From contig NC_045696.1 in assembly GCF_009834535.1 (NCBI RefSeq), positions 16,680,001 to 16,744,000 of the forward strand: DNA of 64,000 nt. Direction: 5' to 3'. This document shows positions 38,440 to 51,739 of the stretch, piece by piece. The notes beneath the pieces are model-generated. The model did no database searches. It was not told the DNA's origin and worked only from the letters and a program-made list of their open reading frames with translations. The translations under genes and the position numbers were made by a program. The first letter of the stretch is position 1. Each line of letters opens with the position of its first letter. Origin of the DNA: Camelus ferus (Eukaryota).

Positions 38440-39500
38440 TAATTTCCTTTAAGCCAATTAGATGGAGCTCTTTTACAAATTAATTTTTGCAATTGATGTA
38501 TATATAAAATTGTGCCTGATTCATGGCAGAAATTTTGGAATGTGAACTATGTTTGTGCACAGAGACCCCATAGCTCACATTCCAAGATTTCTGCCATGAA
38601 TCAGGTACAATAATATAAAATCTGTCAGTTATAAATGAGGTTGGATTCAAACTGGGTTTCTGGCCAATGGAACAAATCAAGGTCAGTTCAAAGGATCTGA
38701 ACAGCTAATCCTACAAATATTTTCACCTGCTAATCTAATTTTAGGAAAGAGGAAAAAATAAAACAACACAAAAACCTCTTACCACTCTTGTTTCTAATAG
38801 ACCTCTGAAGATTTACTGGGATCCAGAAGATTGACTGGCATGGTAAGAACTTTTACCTTCTGCCAGCTTTCTCAAATTGCATGTGCAAAAATCAGTTTTA
38901 GAATGTCAAAAGAACCCCATCTTGGCAGTTTCAGGGCAAGATTTCTTTTAAATCCCAATTAAGTAAATACTTGAAGTATCAGTTCTGTAAGTGATATACA
39001 TAAATCCAATTGGTATTCCCATAGGTCACTATCCATCAGGTTGCTGTTTGGCCTTTGAGGTACAGTTTCCCATTATTAATTTGGTAGCCTAATTCAGGTA
39101 TGAGACATGATCTGAGCAATTTCTCAGGTCAGTGTGATGGATTGGCTATGTGCTGCTTCTGAGTCTAACTCCTGAAGGAGTTATCCTTGGGTTGTTCCAT
39201 GAATTTACATGTCTCAGTTTCTCCCTCCAACAGTCTAAAACTGCTGTGGGTGCTTGGAGCAGTAGGCAATCCATCTATCTCATGTGTAGATGAGCATTAT
39301 TTACTTAATTGTTGTGGTGGGGTTCCCTTTAGCTACTGCATATCACAAGAACTGATCCTTAGACACCTCCACTGGGTTCCCAGTTGCTTGAGGACACCTT
39401 GAGTCTGGAAGGAGCAAATGTCACTTGTTCTTTGGAATTAAATTATTCAGTCTCTCATTTCACTAGCAAATAGTTTGTTCAGACCATATATCAATCTGTT
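38440..39500 (-). mobile_element. ERV1 internal (non-autonomous, MER4-group-like) remnant
   Basis: aagccaattagatggagctctttt, ggattcaaactgggtttctgg, ctggcatggtaagaacttttacctt motifs; lies next to an ERV1 LTR. Confidence 0.5.
38509..38611. repeat. Long inverted repeat / fold-back palindrome
   Basis: Arms 38509-38551 and 38569-38611, 43 bp each, 40/43 Watson-Crick complementary; central TGTGCACA palindrome. Confidence 0.95.
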
Positions 39501-39544
39501 ATTGTTGTTGTTTTCAATTTAAGTTAAATTTAACAAAAACCTAA

Positions 39545-40340
39545 CACCTGTCTTTCCCTGGGCCTCCTGCCCAAATCCCCCTAGGTCCCTGACTAGGAAA
39601 TACAACTGACTAACTCTCCAAAATGGCCAAAGCCATCACCTTAAATAACATCTTCAGAGAAATGTTGGAAGGGTGGTGGGGGAAGACCTGCTACTGGGAG
39701 GTTACCAGGAAAAGCACAGTAACAAGTAACAAGAATAAGGTTATTATGCAGATCTAAGTCATTGCCCCTTCCATTGATAAGCATGTCTAAAGATTTAGTC
39801 ATCCTTCTATTCCTGGTACTGACAGGGAGACACCTTTATGATTCTTCTTATAAATGTAAATGTCTCTTATGTTGACCCAAAGCAAATAGACTATTACATA
39901 TTTATTTAGCTAAGATGGGTTTGCTTGGGATCAGAAGAAAATTGCAATTCAGGGTCTGCAATCATGGTGAGCCACATGCAAGCCTCAGTATGGCAAAGGA
40001 GAGGAGAATGCTTTTATAGAGGGGAGAAAGGAAGTTGGGAGGGTTATAGTAAACTAAGAGTCCATGAACTTTCATTGGCTGAGTCCTTTCTGGGAAAGAA
40101 GAGGAGTCTTTCTTCTTGTTGGGCTCTGCTGTAAACACAGGACAGGGCAGCTTCCTTTTCTGGTGTCCCAACTCTATTTAATTGAGATTTCTGTTTATTA
40201 ATTTTTTATACTTACAAAATAGTAACTTCTACTCTTTTCAGAGATTTTCCTCTGTCTGCAGCCTCTCAAAAATAATCAGCCTGGAATGATATATTTGCCA
40301 AATGAGCATAATTTGGTGTGGCACATTTTGCTCCCCTCTA
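39545..40340 (-). mobile_element. ERV1 LTR (MER34/MER39-like), split by a younger LTR
   Basis: Reverse complement starts gaggggagcaaaatgtgccacaccaaattatgc...gattatttttgagaggctgcagacagagg; sequence resumes across the 39870-40210 insertion. Confidence 0.65.
39870..40210 (-). mobile_element. Younger ERV1-type solo LTR nested in an LTR, 4-bp TSD
   Basis: Starts TG, exact TSD CTTA at 39866-39869 and 40211-40214; minus-strand TATAAAA (~40012-40018) and AATAAA (~39901-39906). Confidence 0.8.
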
Positions 40341-40898
40341 ATAGTGCCCAAGACAGAGTTAGTGTTTCCCTCAGTTTGACTAAACTTTAGACAGACTTTT
40401 TCTACACTCCTGTCCCCTGACTTCCCTTTTCTTAGAACACTTACTTTAGACAATTTTTAAGTTTTTTTCTATGATCCTTTGAGATATAAATCTTTTTAAA
40501 AGCCTCTCACTAGTTTTACAACCTAGGATTGTCTTTCAAAGGGAGCCATGCCTTTGAAATGTAATCATTTAGGGAGACAGTGCAGCCATCTCTCAGTCTC
40601 TGTGGGAAAGTAGGATCTTAATTTCAGTGGGCACTTTACTCCAAGTTGTAAAACTTCCTCTTGATGTGATGAAATAAAGATAGGAGAAAGTTTATTTTTC
40701 TTATGAGTACAAAAAAAAAATTAGCAAATACAGATAGTCTTTGATCCCACAACCCAGTTCTTAAAAGCCTTCCCATACTTTGTTTCAACAGGGCTGAGTG
40801 TCAGAACTTGATTTGTGATCTCTTCCCTTTTGCTGGCAAGAGTATTGAAATAAAATTGATTGTTTGCTCATCATGTCCAGTGTGATTTTTCTTTAACA
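40341..40898 (+). mobile_element. ERV1 LTR (MER67/MER31-like)
   Basis: ttgactaaactttagacag...cctttgagatataaatc...cctttgaaatgtaatcat...aataaa...ttctttaaca. Confidence 0.75.
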
Positions 40899-42303
40899 GT
40901 ATTATTTGATAATTATTGGGAACAATGCTAATGCAGTTGATAGTGTTAAGAATTAACATATTGAAAAATCCAGCTGCACATACTAAAACTTGAATTTTAG
41001 AGTCTGCACATTTGCTGTTAGTAAATGTGGTGGGATTCTGTTCACATAATGGGATTTGGATATTGAAAATAAGCCCTTTATCAAATGATGCATTTGCCTA
41101 TAAATAAAAGTAAAAAAATATATTTGATGTTAGGGTTGAAAAAAAGAAAAATTTTCAATTCAAACTCATGGACAAAGAGCACTAATTTAAAAACCAATAA
41201 CAACAAGGAAAAACTTTGGTACTACCTGCAAGAAAGTATTTGACTTGTATTCTTCAGATAGTTCAAGTAACTGTGTATTGTTTTCATATAACACCTTTCA
41301 CTTGGGAATTCCATAAGTCTCTGAAGTAGCAAGATTATTGCTGACATCTGGCAGGTGAGGAAAATGAATGCTTAAATAAATCTTCCAAGGTCACAAAATC
41401 AATTAGCGGTGGTCTTGTACCAGTTTACATTATTTGCAAACTTAATGACAAAGCTCATTTTGAACACAATATTTCAGTATGATGGCTTGGGAAAAATCAT
41501 TTGAACAATTAAGAAAATAACTTTTTAATCAAAGGAGGAGGAAAAATCAGTGATAAAAACTTCAAACAGCGAATTAAAACAAAACAAAACAAAAGCCAAA
41601 TGCCTATCTGTGAGAATTAGAAGTCAATTTTCTAGTTTATCATTCTTTCTTATTTTAAAATACTTTTCTTGATTGTTATTTTCTTTTTTTCTCCCTTGTA
41701 GCACCCCTCTGATATGCTGATTACTTAATGGATGTTTATCTTTGTGTACACAACTTGAGAATGTTTGTATTGTTGAATGTTGCTTTTGTAGTCTTGCTTT
41801 TAATTGAGCTACAGATGTTGCATTATGAAAATAATAATAATCTCATTAGAGTCCATGAATGTGTTTGCAATGTAAAAACTTAAGAATTGAGGTAAATTTT
41901 TTTTATAGAAAATGTGATATTATTTGTAAAAACAAACAGATTTTCAGGCATTTTACAATAATTGTAAGTTTTCTGACAGCCATTGTTGCTCAGAAATTGA
42001 ATCAGAAGTTCCTTTACAACTTGATTTGGTTTCAAATTCTAGGAAGATTCATTATTACTGACCGACGTCTGTTTTGTTTCAGAATGTGAGTCCTTTATTT
42101 TTATGGTTACGTTTCTTTAGAATTACTGGGAAAGGATTTAAACATTATGAAAAAGTGGGAATATTGGCTAAACTGCCTTTATTCCTGGTGTTTTAAAAAG
42201 TGTTATATCTTTTAAGAACATATAGTAGCTTTTTGATATCACAAACTTATATGATAGTAACTATTAATTATAGTATAGGTAATTTAGATTAATTTTTATC
42301 CAA

Positions 42304-43120
42304 TGTAGTTCCCTAGGATGATCTTTGAAAAAAGAAGTCCAACATTTTACCAGAAACCTCTGTGCACAACTGCAAAGCCTCCTGACTCCACCTCTTCCCC
42401 AGAAGTTGCTGCAGCCACCAGTTCTGAGCAGACTCTGGATAACTTAGAGCAGGGGTCATCTGACAACTGTTCACCTCAAGCTCTACCCACATACTTCTCA
42501 CTGCAGTTGGTCTTCTATATCCATGGGTTCCATATCAACAGATTCAACCAACCAATGATCAAAAATATTAAAAAAAAAAAACAAAAAAACTCCAGAAAGT
42601 TCCATAAAGCAAAACTTGAATTTGCAATGATTTACATAGCATTTGCACTGTATTTACAACTATTTACATAGCATTTACATTGTAGTAGGCATTACATGTA
42701 ATCTAGAGAAGATTTAAAGTACAGGGAGGAGGTGCATACTAAGTTATTTTATATTAGAGATGAGCATTTGTGGATTTTGGTATCCACAGGGATAGAGGGA
42801 GGTGCCTGGAACCAATTCCCTGTGGATACTGAGGGATGACTCTTTATCCTTCATGCTCCTCTGACACTACAGAGTGGACTGTTGGAGAAAACTCACTTGT
42901 ACCTATACATGCAAATTCTGGAAATGCCGGGGGGACTTGACACCTGTGAGGTCACCCTACATCAATGGGGTCTGGCATGAAGTCTGGAAGATGAGAGTTT
43001 GCCCCTTAAATCCCCTAGGTGTAGAGCTGTAAGACTCATTTCATAAGCCATCTTGGAAGATGCAAGAGAGAGCCACACTCCTCACCCACAACTGTGACAG
43101 ATTTGCAATGAGACCTTTTA
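42304..43120. mobile_element. Old ERVL LTR (LTR16-like) interrupted by MER2
   Basis: acatcaatgggg...cccctaggt...gactcatttcataagcc...ctcacccacaactgtg motifs; boundaries approximate. Confidence 0.45.
42504..42842. mobile_element. TcMar-Tigger MITE (MER2/MER2B-like)
   Basis: TIRs cagttggtcttctatatcca / tggatactgagggatgact; internal gattcaaccaacc, gtaatctagagaagatttaaagta, ggattttggtatcc. Confidence 0.85.
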
Positions 43121-43179
43121 TCAGTGTTTTCTCTGCTAGGGTCTCGTACCTGCTCTCTGAGTTTAAAGCCCTGATTTTG

Positions 43180-43400
43180 GAGAATGTGCATATAGATACT
43201 TTGGCAGATGCTATTCTATCCTCTTCAATTAATTCTGGAAGTGTGTTTAATCATATTGGAGGCTCTGAAAAGTCCTGCAGTAAATACAACAGGTTTAGCT
43301 TTGTAAATGTTAGAATTTCTCAAAGTTAGTGTACTGCAAAGGCCCATGCTCACCTCATAGCACCTATTTCTATGGCAACACCTTGAGAAATGTTGACCTG
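43180..43400. mobile_element. hAT-Charlie fragment (Charlie4-like)
   Basis: ggctctgaaaagtcctgcagtaaa...tttctcaaag...acaccttgagaaatgttg. Confidence 0.5.
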
Positions 43401-44263
43401 AATGAAGATGCGCAATGGAACTCTATGATAAAAGCATGGATATCATTGAACAAGCCCTACCCCTGCTCACGTATCAGTTTAGTATCCATCACATTGAACC
43501 ATGAGAAAGGCTCATCCTGTTTCTTACTTTGTTGTGAAAAGCAATCTGCCCATAAAACCTAGAACTTCATCTTCACCTCTTATGTCTGCCTCTAATAACT
43601 CAATAAAGATGGCGCTTTTTTAGATTAATCAATAAAAAGCATACATAAGTGATTGGGCTGTGTAAAGCGTTACAAGTGATGGACACAGAATTTACGTGGC
43701 ATAGATGAATCCACTGGTGGTAGGATTTGTTAGATGAGATTGACCATATATGGAACAATTGAGGAAGCCTGGGGATTTTGTAGGGGTGTCATTGGGAGAC
43801 ATATATATGTATCTCTATCAATTCTGAATTACTTTTAAAGGTTAAATCCTAAAGCTAAGGTACAGCCTGGATGACTGCTCTGACTTCTAACACCTTCCTG
43901 GAAAAGCAAGCGTCCTGTGGAATGGCCTGAGTGAGCTTTGCTCCAAAGGTAGCCAAAGACACATTTTGAAATGCCACAAATTGATATGTTATGAATTTTG
44001 GTTAAGATATGAGCTGGTGATAATTCAGACAGAAATGTGTATTGCTGCTGAAGAGCTGTTTAGCAGCATGCTGGCAATATCTGTTTCCATGGATCACTCA
44101 TGAAAAAGAAGTCACATACTCCACTTCTGTGGTCATTATAAGACTACATTAAAGAAAAGTCTGTGTTCAGAGAAAACTGGAAGCAAAGATGAACCTCAGT
44201 TCAAGATTTCTCACTTTTTATCATTGCTGTTATCCTAAAGTGAAAGGAAAAGGAAAGACAGTG

Positions 44264-45100
44264 TTTTTTTTTTTTTTCATTTTGGTAAGAACACTTAACC
44301 TGGGATCTGCCCTCTTAACAAATGTTTACGTGTTCAGTACATTCTTGTTGGCTAGAGGTACCGTGTTGTACAGCAGGTCTTTAGAGCTTATTGCTGATTG
44401 AACTTACATGATTGGTAACTTCCCGTTTCCTTTCCTCATAGCCCCTGCCTGGCAACCACCAATTTCACTCTTTGCTTCTACGAATTGACTATTTTAGACA
44501 CTCATATAAGTGAAATAATGTAGTATTTGCCTGTCAGTGACTAAATTATTTCACTTAGCAAAATGTCCTTAAAATTCATCCATGTTGTTGTGCAATGCAG
44601 AATTTCCTTCTTTTCCAAAAGCTGAATAATAGTTCATCCTGTGTACACATCACATGTTCTTTATCCATTCATTTATCAATGGACATTTAGCTTGTTTCCA
44701 TATCTTGGTTATTGTAAACAGTGCTGTGTTGAACACAGGACTGATAATAACTTTTTGATATCCTGATTTCAAGTCTTTTGGATAAATACTCTTAAGAGGG
44801 ATGTTAGACCATGAGACAGTTCTATTTTGAAAATTTTGAGGGACCGCTATACTGTTTTCCATGGCAACTGCACCATTTTGCGTTCTTACCAACAGTGTAG
44901 AAGGGTTTAAATTTCTCCTCATTGCCACCAACACTTGTCCTTTTTTTTTTTTTTTTTTTTTTTTTTTTGGTAATAGCCATCCTGACAGGTGTGAGATATC
45001 TTATTGTGGTTTTGATTTACATTTCTCTGATGATCAGTGACATTGAACATTTTTCCCATATACCTGTCGGCCATTTGTATGTCTTCTTGAAGGAATGTCT
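44264..45100 (-). mobile_element. L1 3' end including degraded ORF2 C-terminus (L1MA9/10-like)
   Basis: poly-T, ggtaagaacacttaac..., atagccatcctgacaggtgtgag...; minus ORF 44650-44934 contains L1 ORF2-like IPL.SIYPK, ALFTI.K.WKQ.KCP...EWIK. Confidence 0.9.
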
Positions 45101-45739
45101 AGAAAGTGACTTTTGTTTACTTTTCCCTCCAACTCCACATTGGCTGATGGGAAATACAGTAATTTAACTAACACTGAACGTAGGTCAATGGTTGACACCG
45201 AGAATACTATCTGGAAATTTATGAATTCTAGTGCTGCTTATGGTCTACATAATAGCTTTGTGATTATTAGGCTTCTATACTTTTATCATGAAAACAGAAT
45301 GTAAGGAAGAAATAGAAATATTACTATTGTGAATGATCTTTATTGCCTTCGTATAATAACACTGATGGACATCTCACATTCTCCCAGTCAGTTGGACTCG
45401 TTTGGACTCAAAGTACCAGCCTCATCTGCACTCTCTCCTTTCCATCATCCCGTACAGCCAATGTGTCAAAACATTCTGCCAAGTTTTCCTTCTTTTTATC
45501 ATCCGAATATCTCAAGCTCAGAGTCTAATAAACTCTTTCAATAATTATTTTAATGATTGGTGTTTTAAATGGTTTTTATAGTCATATCTCTCTCTTAATC
45601 AACTCTGTTTAATAAAAAATTGACAACATCATTAGTTCTTATGGAATACTTTTGCTTTCATGGTACCTGCCAATTCTACCCTTAGTAGAAACTCACTGAT
45701 TTCTACACTAGTTAAATCTAGTCTATATGCTAACCTTTC

Positions 45740-46175
45740 TGTATTAGTCTGGGCTCCCTACACAAACAGAACCAACAGTATATTCATACATATGGAGAGA
45801 GAGAGAGAGAGAATTATAAGGAACTGGCTCATGCAATAATGGAGGCTAAGAAGTCCAAGATATAAAACTGGCAAGCTGGAGACCCAGGAAAGCTGATGAT
45901 ATAGGTCCAGTTTGAGTCAAAAGGTTGAAAGTCAGGAGTAGGTTGATGTTCCAGTTTGAAGACAAGCAGGTGGATAGAAAGAATTCTCCCTTATCCCACG
46001 TTTTCTTCAATCACTAGACTGTATGGGATCCGTACACACTGGGCAGGTTACTCAGTCTATACAAAAGTTAATCTCATCCAGAAACATCACCACAGATATA
46101 CCGAGAATAGTGTTTATCCAAATATCTGGATACCCCATGGCCCAGCCAAGTTGATATAAACAATTAACCATCACA
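45740..46175 (-). mobile_element. ERVL solo LTR (MLT2-like)
   Basis: tgtattagtc...aaacagaaccaa...(GA)n...ggctcatgc...ccagccaagttga...attaaccatcaca; 5-bp flanks ctttc / cttcc. Confidence 0.85.
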
Positions 46176-48149
46176 CTTCCTAAAATATCTTCCTTGATCT
46201 TTCCACAGAAAAGTGCTGTCTTACTTCTGTGAACTCCCTCACCACCTGGAACATGTCTCCTTTCTAGCCTTGTGTACAGTCAATGCACTAGTGTTAGTTA
46301 TGTCCATGACCCATCTTATCCGGCTGATGAAAGGTACTTGTATACGGTTACTATTACCCTTGTGTTTGAATATCGATGTAAAATCCTAGGTTTTCTCTGC
46401 TTTTCTACCCAGAATGCTATGAAAGTTTAGCTATAGTGAAAGCTGCTAGAAAACAAATTGCCTTCTTTATTTTTGAACACTAGCCTAAGTGTGTATGAAT
46501 ATGCATGAACAGTTTCCAGACCTTTATTTCAGAAAGTGGACTTTCACTATGCAGAGTAGGGATACTAGCCTGTGGATAAATTCCTTCCACTTCCAAATTA
46601 ATGCAAGTTTTTTCTGTTTAAAATATCTTTAGCTATATTTAAATCAGTATGATATAACTAGATAGATGATTAAGCAAAATAAAGGAAAAATTATATAAGA
46701 TTCTTTATGGTTGGAGTTTTGTAATGACAATTGTTTTCTATTCACTTGAGACATTATTTTCATACAGGAACTTTTAACTAGCAAAGAATAAATCTGTAAA
46801 ATAAATGAAAGACATCTAAAATTTTTTCCAAATGGAGGCCACTGGAATAAAAAAAAATTGAATCTTTAAATTACATTGACCAGGGGATAATTTTATATAG
46901 GAGAAGATTCTAAATTAGGTTTCTGGGCTCTTAGGATTATTACTCAAATTTGGTGGCATCCCCAATGTTCTGTAACCATATTTTTCATCTGTTTAGGTTT
47001 TGAGTTTTGACATGTAAGCATTAGCAGGTACAATCGATTTCAAGCCACATGGCAATCGACTGGTGCTTAAGTTACACAAGAGTGGTATCAAACAACAGTT
47101 CCACGATAGAACAGTTCTCTACAGGATTCTGGCTTTGTTTCGCCGTCTTTGTAATGGATATGATTTTAACTCTCTTTGACTCTATGACATGTGACAGATA
47201 CAGCTTGGTTTTTGCCAATAGTTAAGGTCCTATAAACATAAACAAATAGGAAATAATGTAGATTTACTCTCTGTTTGTCTCTCCTCAATTCACTAAATTT
47301 TGATCAAGTAATTTTGTCTTCTCATATGCTGCATACAATCTACAGCTCTTACTAGAAAGCAAGGAATTCTAAAATTCTCTTAACTAAATCAGATTCAGTA
47401 ACAATAAAAGTCTTTTAGAAACAAAACTCTTGAAAACAGCTTCCAAATGAGAGAGGTTTATAATTTTAGGAAAATTAGAGGCGAGATGAGGTGTCTTATC
47501 AGTTTTCTGGCATCGTAACCTAGGTTTTCACAATCACCACTTGATTTGAATTATTGTAAATATCTAGAAAGTTTACACACCCCTCTTCAAATATACATGT
47601 AGGAATTTAAAGTAAAAATACAACTCATTTTTGATGTCTTCTATTTTACATTTTTCACACTACTGCTCTGTTCCATTGAATTTCATGCAATTCAGCTGTC
47701 ATTAGCTGACCTTCAATGTAAAAACATATAAATAAGACCTACAAAAGAATCAATATTTATTTTATTGATTAAATTGGCATATAGGTTCCAATTGATTTTT
47801 AGGCACATTGTTATATTCTTATAAGATTTTGGGGCACAAGAAAGTATTGAGATTTCCAAAGCATATTTATAAAACAATCCTCTATGGTGGTTTTACAAAA
47901 TAGGAGAAAACCATGTATACCAGCCTTTACATGTAAATACACTATTGCTGTCAGGGACTTTTTTTTTTTTTTAGACATTCTTTTAAGAAAACTTCTTGAA
48001 GTTTCTTCTTGAAATTTTGAATCAGATTCTTTAAGAGTTCAGATATCTAGTTAACTATGAATGTATGTTTTGATGACTCATTTTCCTGGCCCTACACAAG
48101 ATTTGCCTCACAATCTTAGACACTAATTGAGAAACCTTTTGAGAACTGA

Positions 48150-48416
48150 TATTTAATTTAATTTTTATTGAAGTATAGTCAGTTTACAATATTATGCCAA
48201 TTTCTGGTGTACAGCACAATTTTGCAGTCATATAGGAACATATATATATTCATTTTCATATTCTTTTTCACCAGAAATTAATACAAGATATTGAATATAA
48301 TTCCCTGTGCTATACAGTATAAACTTGTTGTTTATCTATTCTACATATATTAGTTAGTATCTGCAGATCTCGAACTCCCAATTTGCCCCTTCCTACCCTC
48401 TTGCCCCACTAGCAAC
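48150..48416 (-). mobile_element. Camelid-type L1 3' end fragment
   Basis: attgaagtatagtcagtttacaat...ttccctgtgctatacagta...atctcgaactcccaattt; same family as 7758-8216. Confidence 0.85.
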
Positions 48417-49154
48417 ATGCACTTATATCTTACATAGTCGTGAGAGAACGCTACAGAATTATATTTTGCAAAAGTATAGAAATAAAAACATAATTAAAAA
48501 CATCATGTTATGTTATTGGTGGTCAAAGAGGTTGTTAAACAAGATGAATAACACTATAAATGCTTTTTCTTTTGTGTCTAAGCCTCGTTTTTTTCAATCA
48601 TCACTAGGCTTCCAACTTGAAGAGTATACGTTGTATTTTTTCCATCACCATTGCATCAAAAATTAAAAGTTGTAGTTTTTATGAGTGGAGAACACTACTG
48701 CAGTGTCTTTGAAAAGGAATAGTAAGTTGAAAGAAGCAAAGGCTGGGAAAAGAAATGCCAAGATGTCATGGTGCTGACAATAATAACATAGTGACAGGAA
48801 GAGTGACATCGAAGGTTCTGTTGGAAGGTGCAGTTATCCCAAATTGCCAGGCTAACAAACTGAATTACCACCTAGGTTGCAAATGTATCACTTAAGTCTT
48901 AGAAGCCTCACAATAGCTTTGTATTTATTAGGTATTAGGAAAGGGGAGCCACACACTTTGTTATAATGTTGGAAATCTCTCTTTGTCTCTCTCTCTCTCT
49001 GTCATACTCACACCTCACTCATGACATAGATGTGTGTTCATGTATTATGTTAAAAAATTAGAGGGAACTTAAGCTCAATGACTCTAAATTTTGCTTAAGG
49101 GCAAAACCATATTTTCCTGGTACCTTTATGTTTTGAGATTACAAGCATGTAAGG

Positions 49155-49358
49155 GTCAGGGTTTGCCTGGGGATGGGGAGAGGGAATGATTCCAAACAGA
49201 CACAAGGAAACTCTGGAAGATAATGGATGTGTTCTTCGTCTTGAGAGTGGTGACGTTGTTGTGGGTATACACACATGTCTAACCTTCTCAAAATTTACAT
49301 TTCAAATATCTGCAATTATTGTATATCAATTACTCTTTAACATAGCTGTTCAAAAAAG
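49155..49358 (+). mobile_element. Old L1M 3' end fragment
   Basis: ggtttgcctggggatgggg...cacaaggaaact...tattgtatatcaatta...aaaaaag. Confidence 0.65.
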
Positions 49359-50351
49359 AAGTAGAAGAATTTTGGCAGGTAAACTATATTTCTTAATCCA
49401 ACTTAATTTGCCTTTGTATATGTAAGACATAGTTCATATGTCCATAGCTCCTGCCTGTGTCCCCAAGGACATTACAGCTTGTTCTTTACACACCTGTCTC
49501 CCCAGCTGGATGAGTGGGTATTTTTGAAGTCTTAGCACATGCCTCAGTGATATACATCATGAATATTCTTACATATATAGTCTGTTAATGCCAACCCCTT
49601 AAGTGTACATAGTATTTAAAAATTTCTCAAGTGCTTTTAGATCTGTGAATTCACGTGGCACCTCACAACATCACTTCAGGGAAGTTTATTATCCATTTCC
49701 ACATAAAGCAACAGAAATTTAAAGTATTTAAGAGACTTCCCAAAGTCGTAATGCTAGGTATACACATAATTTTACCCACAATTACGTTCACACAGACGAT
49801 TTCCTCTCTCTTATATCCTCAACTCAACATTGAGCTCTAGTCTAGTTAGTGGAATTATTCATAATATTATGATCTTCTTGCATATCTGTGTCCTCCAATA
49901 ATCATTTTCCATATTCTTTTATCATAGCTGAGTGATGACAATCAATTAACAGATGGAGAAAATTTTGTTATCTGCTTGAATAGTTTCATTGTGACAGGAT
50001 GCTGGGTTGGGGTACTTACTGTATTTTTTTAATCATAAAGATAGATTCTTTAGCTCATGGAATTTGTCAGGAGAGTGCAACCAATTCAAATAATTTCAGC
50101 AGTTTTGATCTGCCTCTGTCTTTCTTTTTCTTTGATCTATTTCCTTTTATAGCTGCAAGATGGACAGCTGCACTTGAAGATTGTAGTATCTTTATACAAA
50201 TGATTCCAAACAAAAAATAGAAAGTTCACTCTGTCTCATTATAGCATTATTCCCCCAAAGTACCCACCTAGACACTTCTTGCTTGGTCTGTAACTAATTT
50301 TAAGCTTATGCTTCTTTGGTATCATTGTGGGAGTGTGGAAAAGGCTGCAAC

Positions 50352-50720
50352 TTATTTTATTTTTTTATTTTTTAAATAATTTAATTTTTGTTGAGGTATA
50401 GTTGATGTACAAATATGAATTACAGGTTTACAGTAGGTAATTCATCATTTTAAAAGGTTATACTTCATTTATAGTTATTATAAAATATTGGCTATTGTCC
50501 CTGTGTTGTACAATATATCATTGTAGCTTATTTTCTGCATAATAGTTTGCACTCTTAATCCCTGAGCCTTATCTTGCTCCTCCCACATCCCCCTTCCGCC
50601 ATGTAACCATTAGTTTGTTCTTTATATCTGTGAGTTTGTTTCTTTCCTGTTATAGTCACTAGTTTGCTGTATTTTTTATATTCTATATGTAAGTGATATT
50701 GTACCGTATTTATCTTTCTT
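50352..50720 (-). mobile_element. Cetartiodactyl-type L1 3' end fragment
   Basis: ttgaggtatagttgatgtac...aaaggttatacttcatttatagttattataaaatattggcta...; imperfect flanks tgcaacttattt / tgcaccttactt. Confidence 0.8.
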
Positions 50721-51351
50721 TTGCACCTTACTTTTTAAAACTTCATTGTGAAATAATTTTAGACTTTAGAAGTGTTACAGAGATGAGAATTCCCAGATAC
50801 CCTTTGCTTAAATTCCTATAATGTTAATATCACAAATAATAGCAAACTTGGGTAGGGGAGTATATATATGTAGATGGGGAGGGCTATCTGCAAACTCTGT
50901 ATTTTCTGCTCAATTCTGCTGTGAACTTGAAACTGCTCTAAAAAAATAAAATCTTCTAATAAAAAAGTAAAAGCAAAAAGAAATTAACAATGCAACAATA
51001 TTATTAACTAAAGTATAGACTTTATTCAGAGTTTACAAGTTTTTTCATTCTGAATCCAATCTAATATCCCACACTGTAACCGTCATGTTTCCTTACTCTT
51101 TCAGTCTGTGAGTTTCTCTATATATCCTTGTCTTTCGTGACCTTGACCTTGACACTTTCAAAGACTGGTTATGGATTTCCGGGAAGAAAAGCAGAGGGGT
51201 GATGTGTGCTTCTCTTTGTATCATGTCAGAGTGTTCATGATATCAACCCGAATGATCACTGGTGATGTCAACCTTGAGCACTTGGGTAAGGTTGTGTCTG
51301 CCAGGATTGCCCCTTGAAAAATTACTGTTTTCTTCTTTCCATACTCTATTC

Positions 51352-51508
51352 CAGAGGTCTGGGAAAAAAGCCAGTTAGTAAATATTTTAGGCTTTGTGGG
51401 TCATATTATCTCTGTCACAGTGACATAACTCTGCTATGCAGCAGAAAAGGAGACACAGACAATACATAATGCTCCAATGTGTGTTCTGATAAAACTAGCT
51501 GACCCCTA
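51352..51508 (-). mobile_element. hAT-Charlie MITE (MER58A-like), internally deleted
   Basis: cagaggtc...gccagttagtaaatattttaggctttgtgggtcat...gataaaact...gctgacccct. Confidence 0.8.
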
Positions 51509-51739
51509 TTCTTCTCATTAGAAGGGAGTCATTAAGTCAAGCCACACTTAAGGGAGGGGAATTAAACTATACCTCCTGGCGGGAGGAGTATCAAGGGATT
51601 TGTGGACATAAGTTAGACCTATTCAGTAATTAAGAAATATTTTGGGGAAGATACTTTGAGACTAAACAAATATCCTCTTTTCTTAGTTTCTTCTACTAAT
51701 TTGAGCATATGGAGGGGATCTTGGCTAAAGCAATAATTG

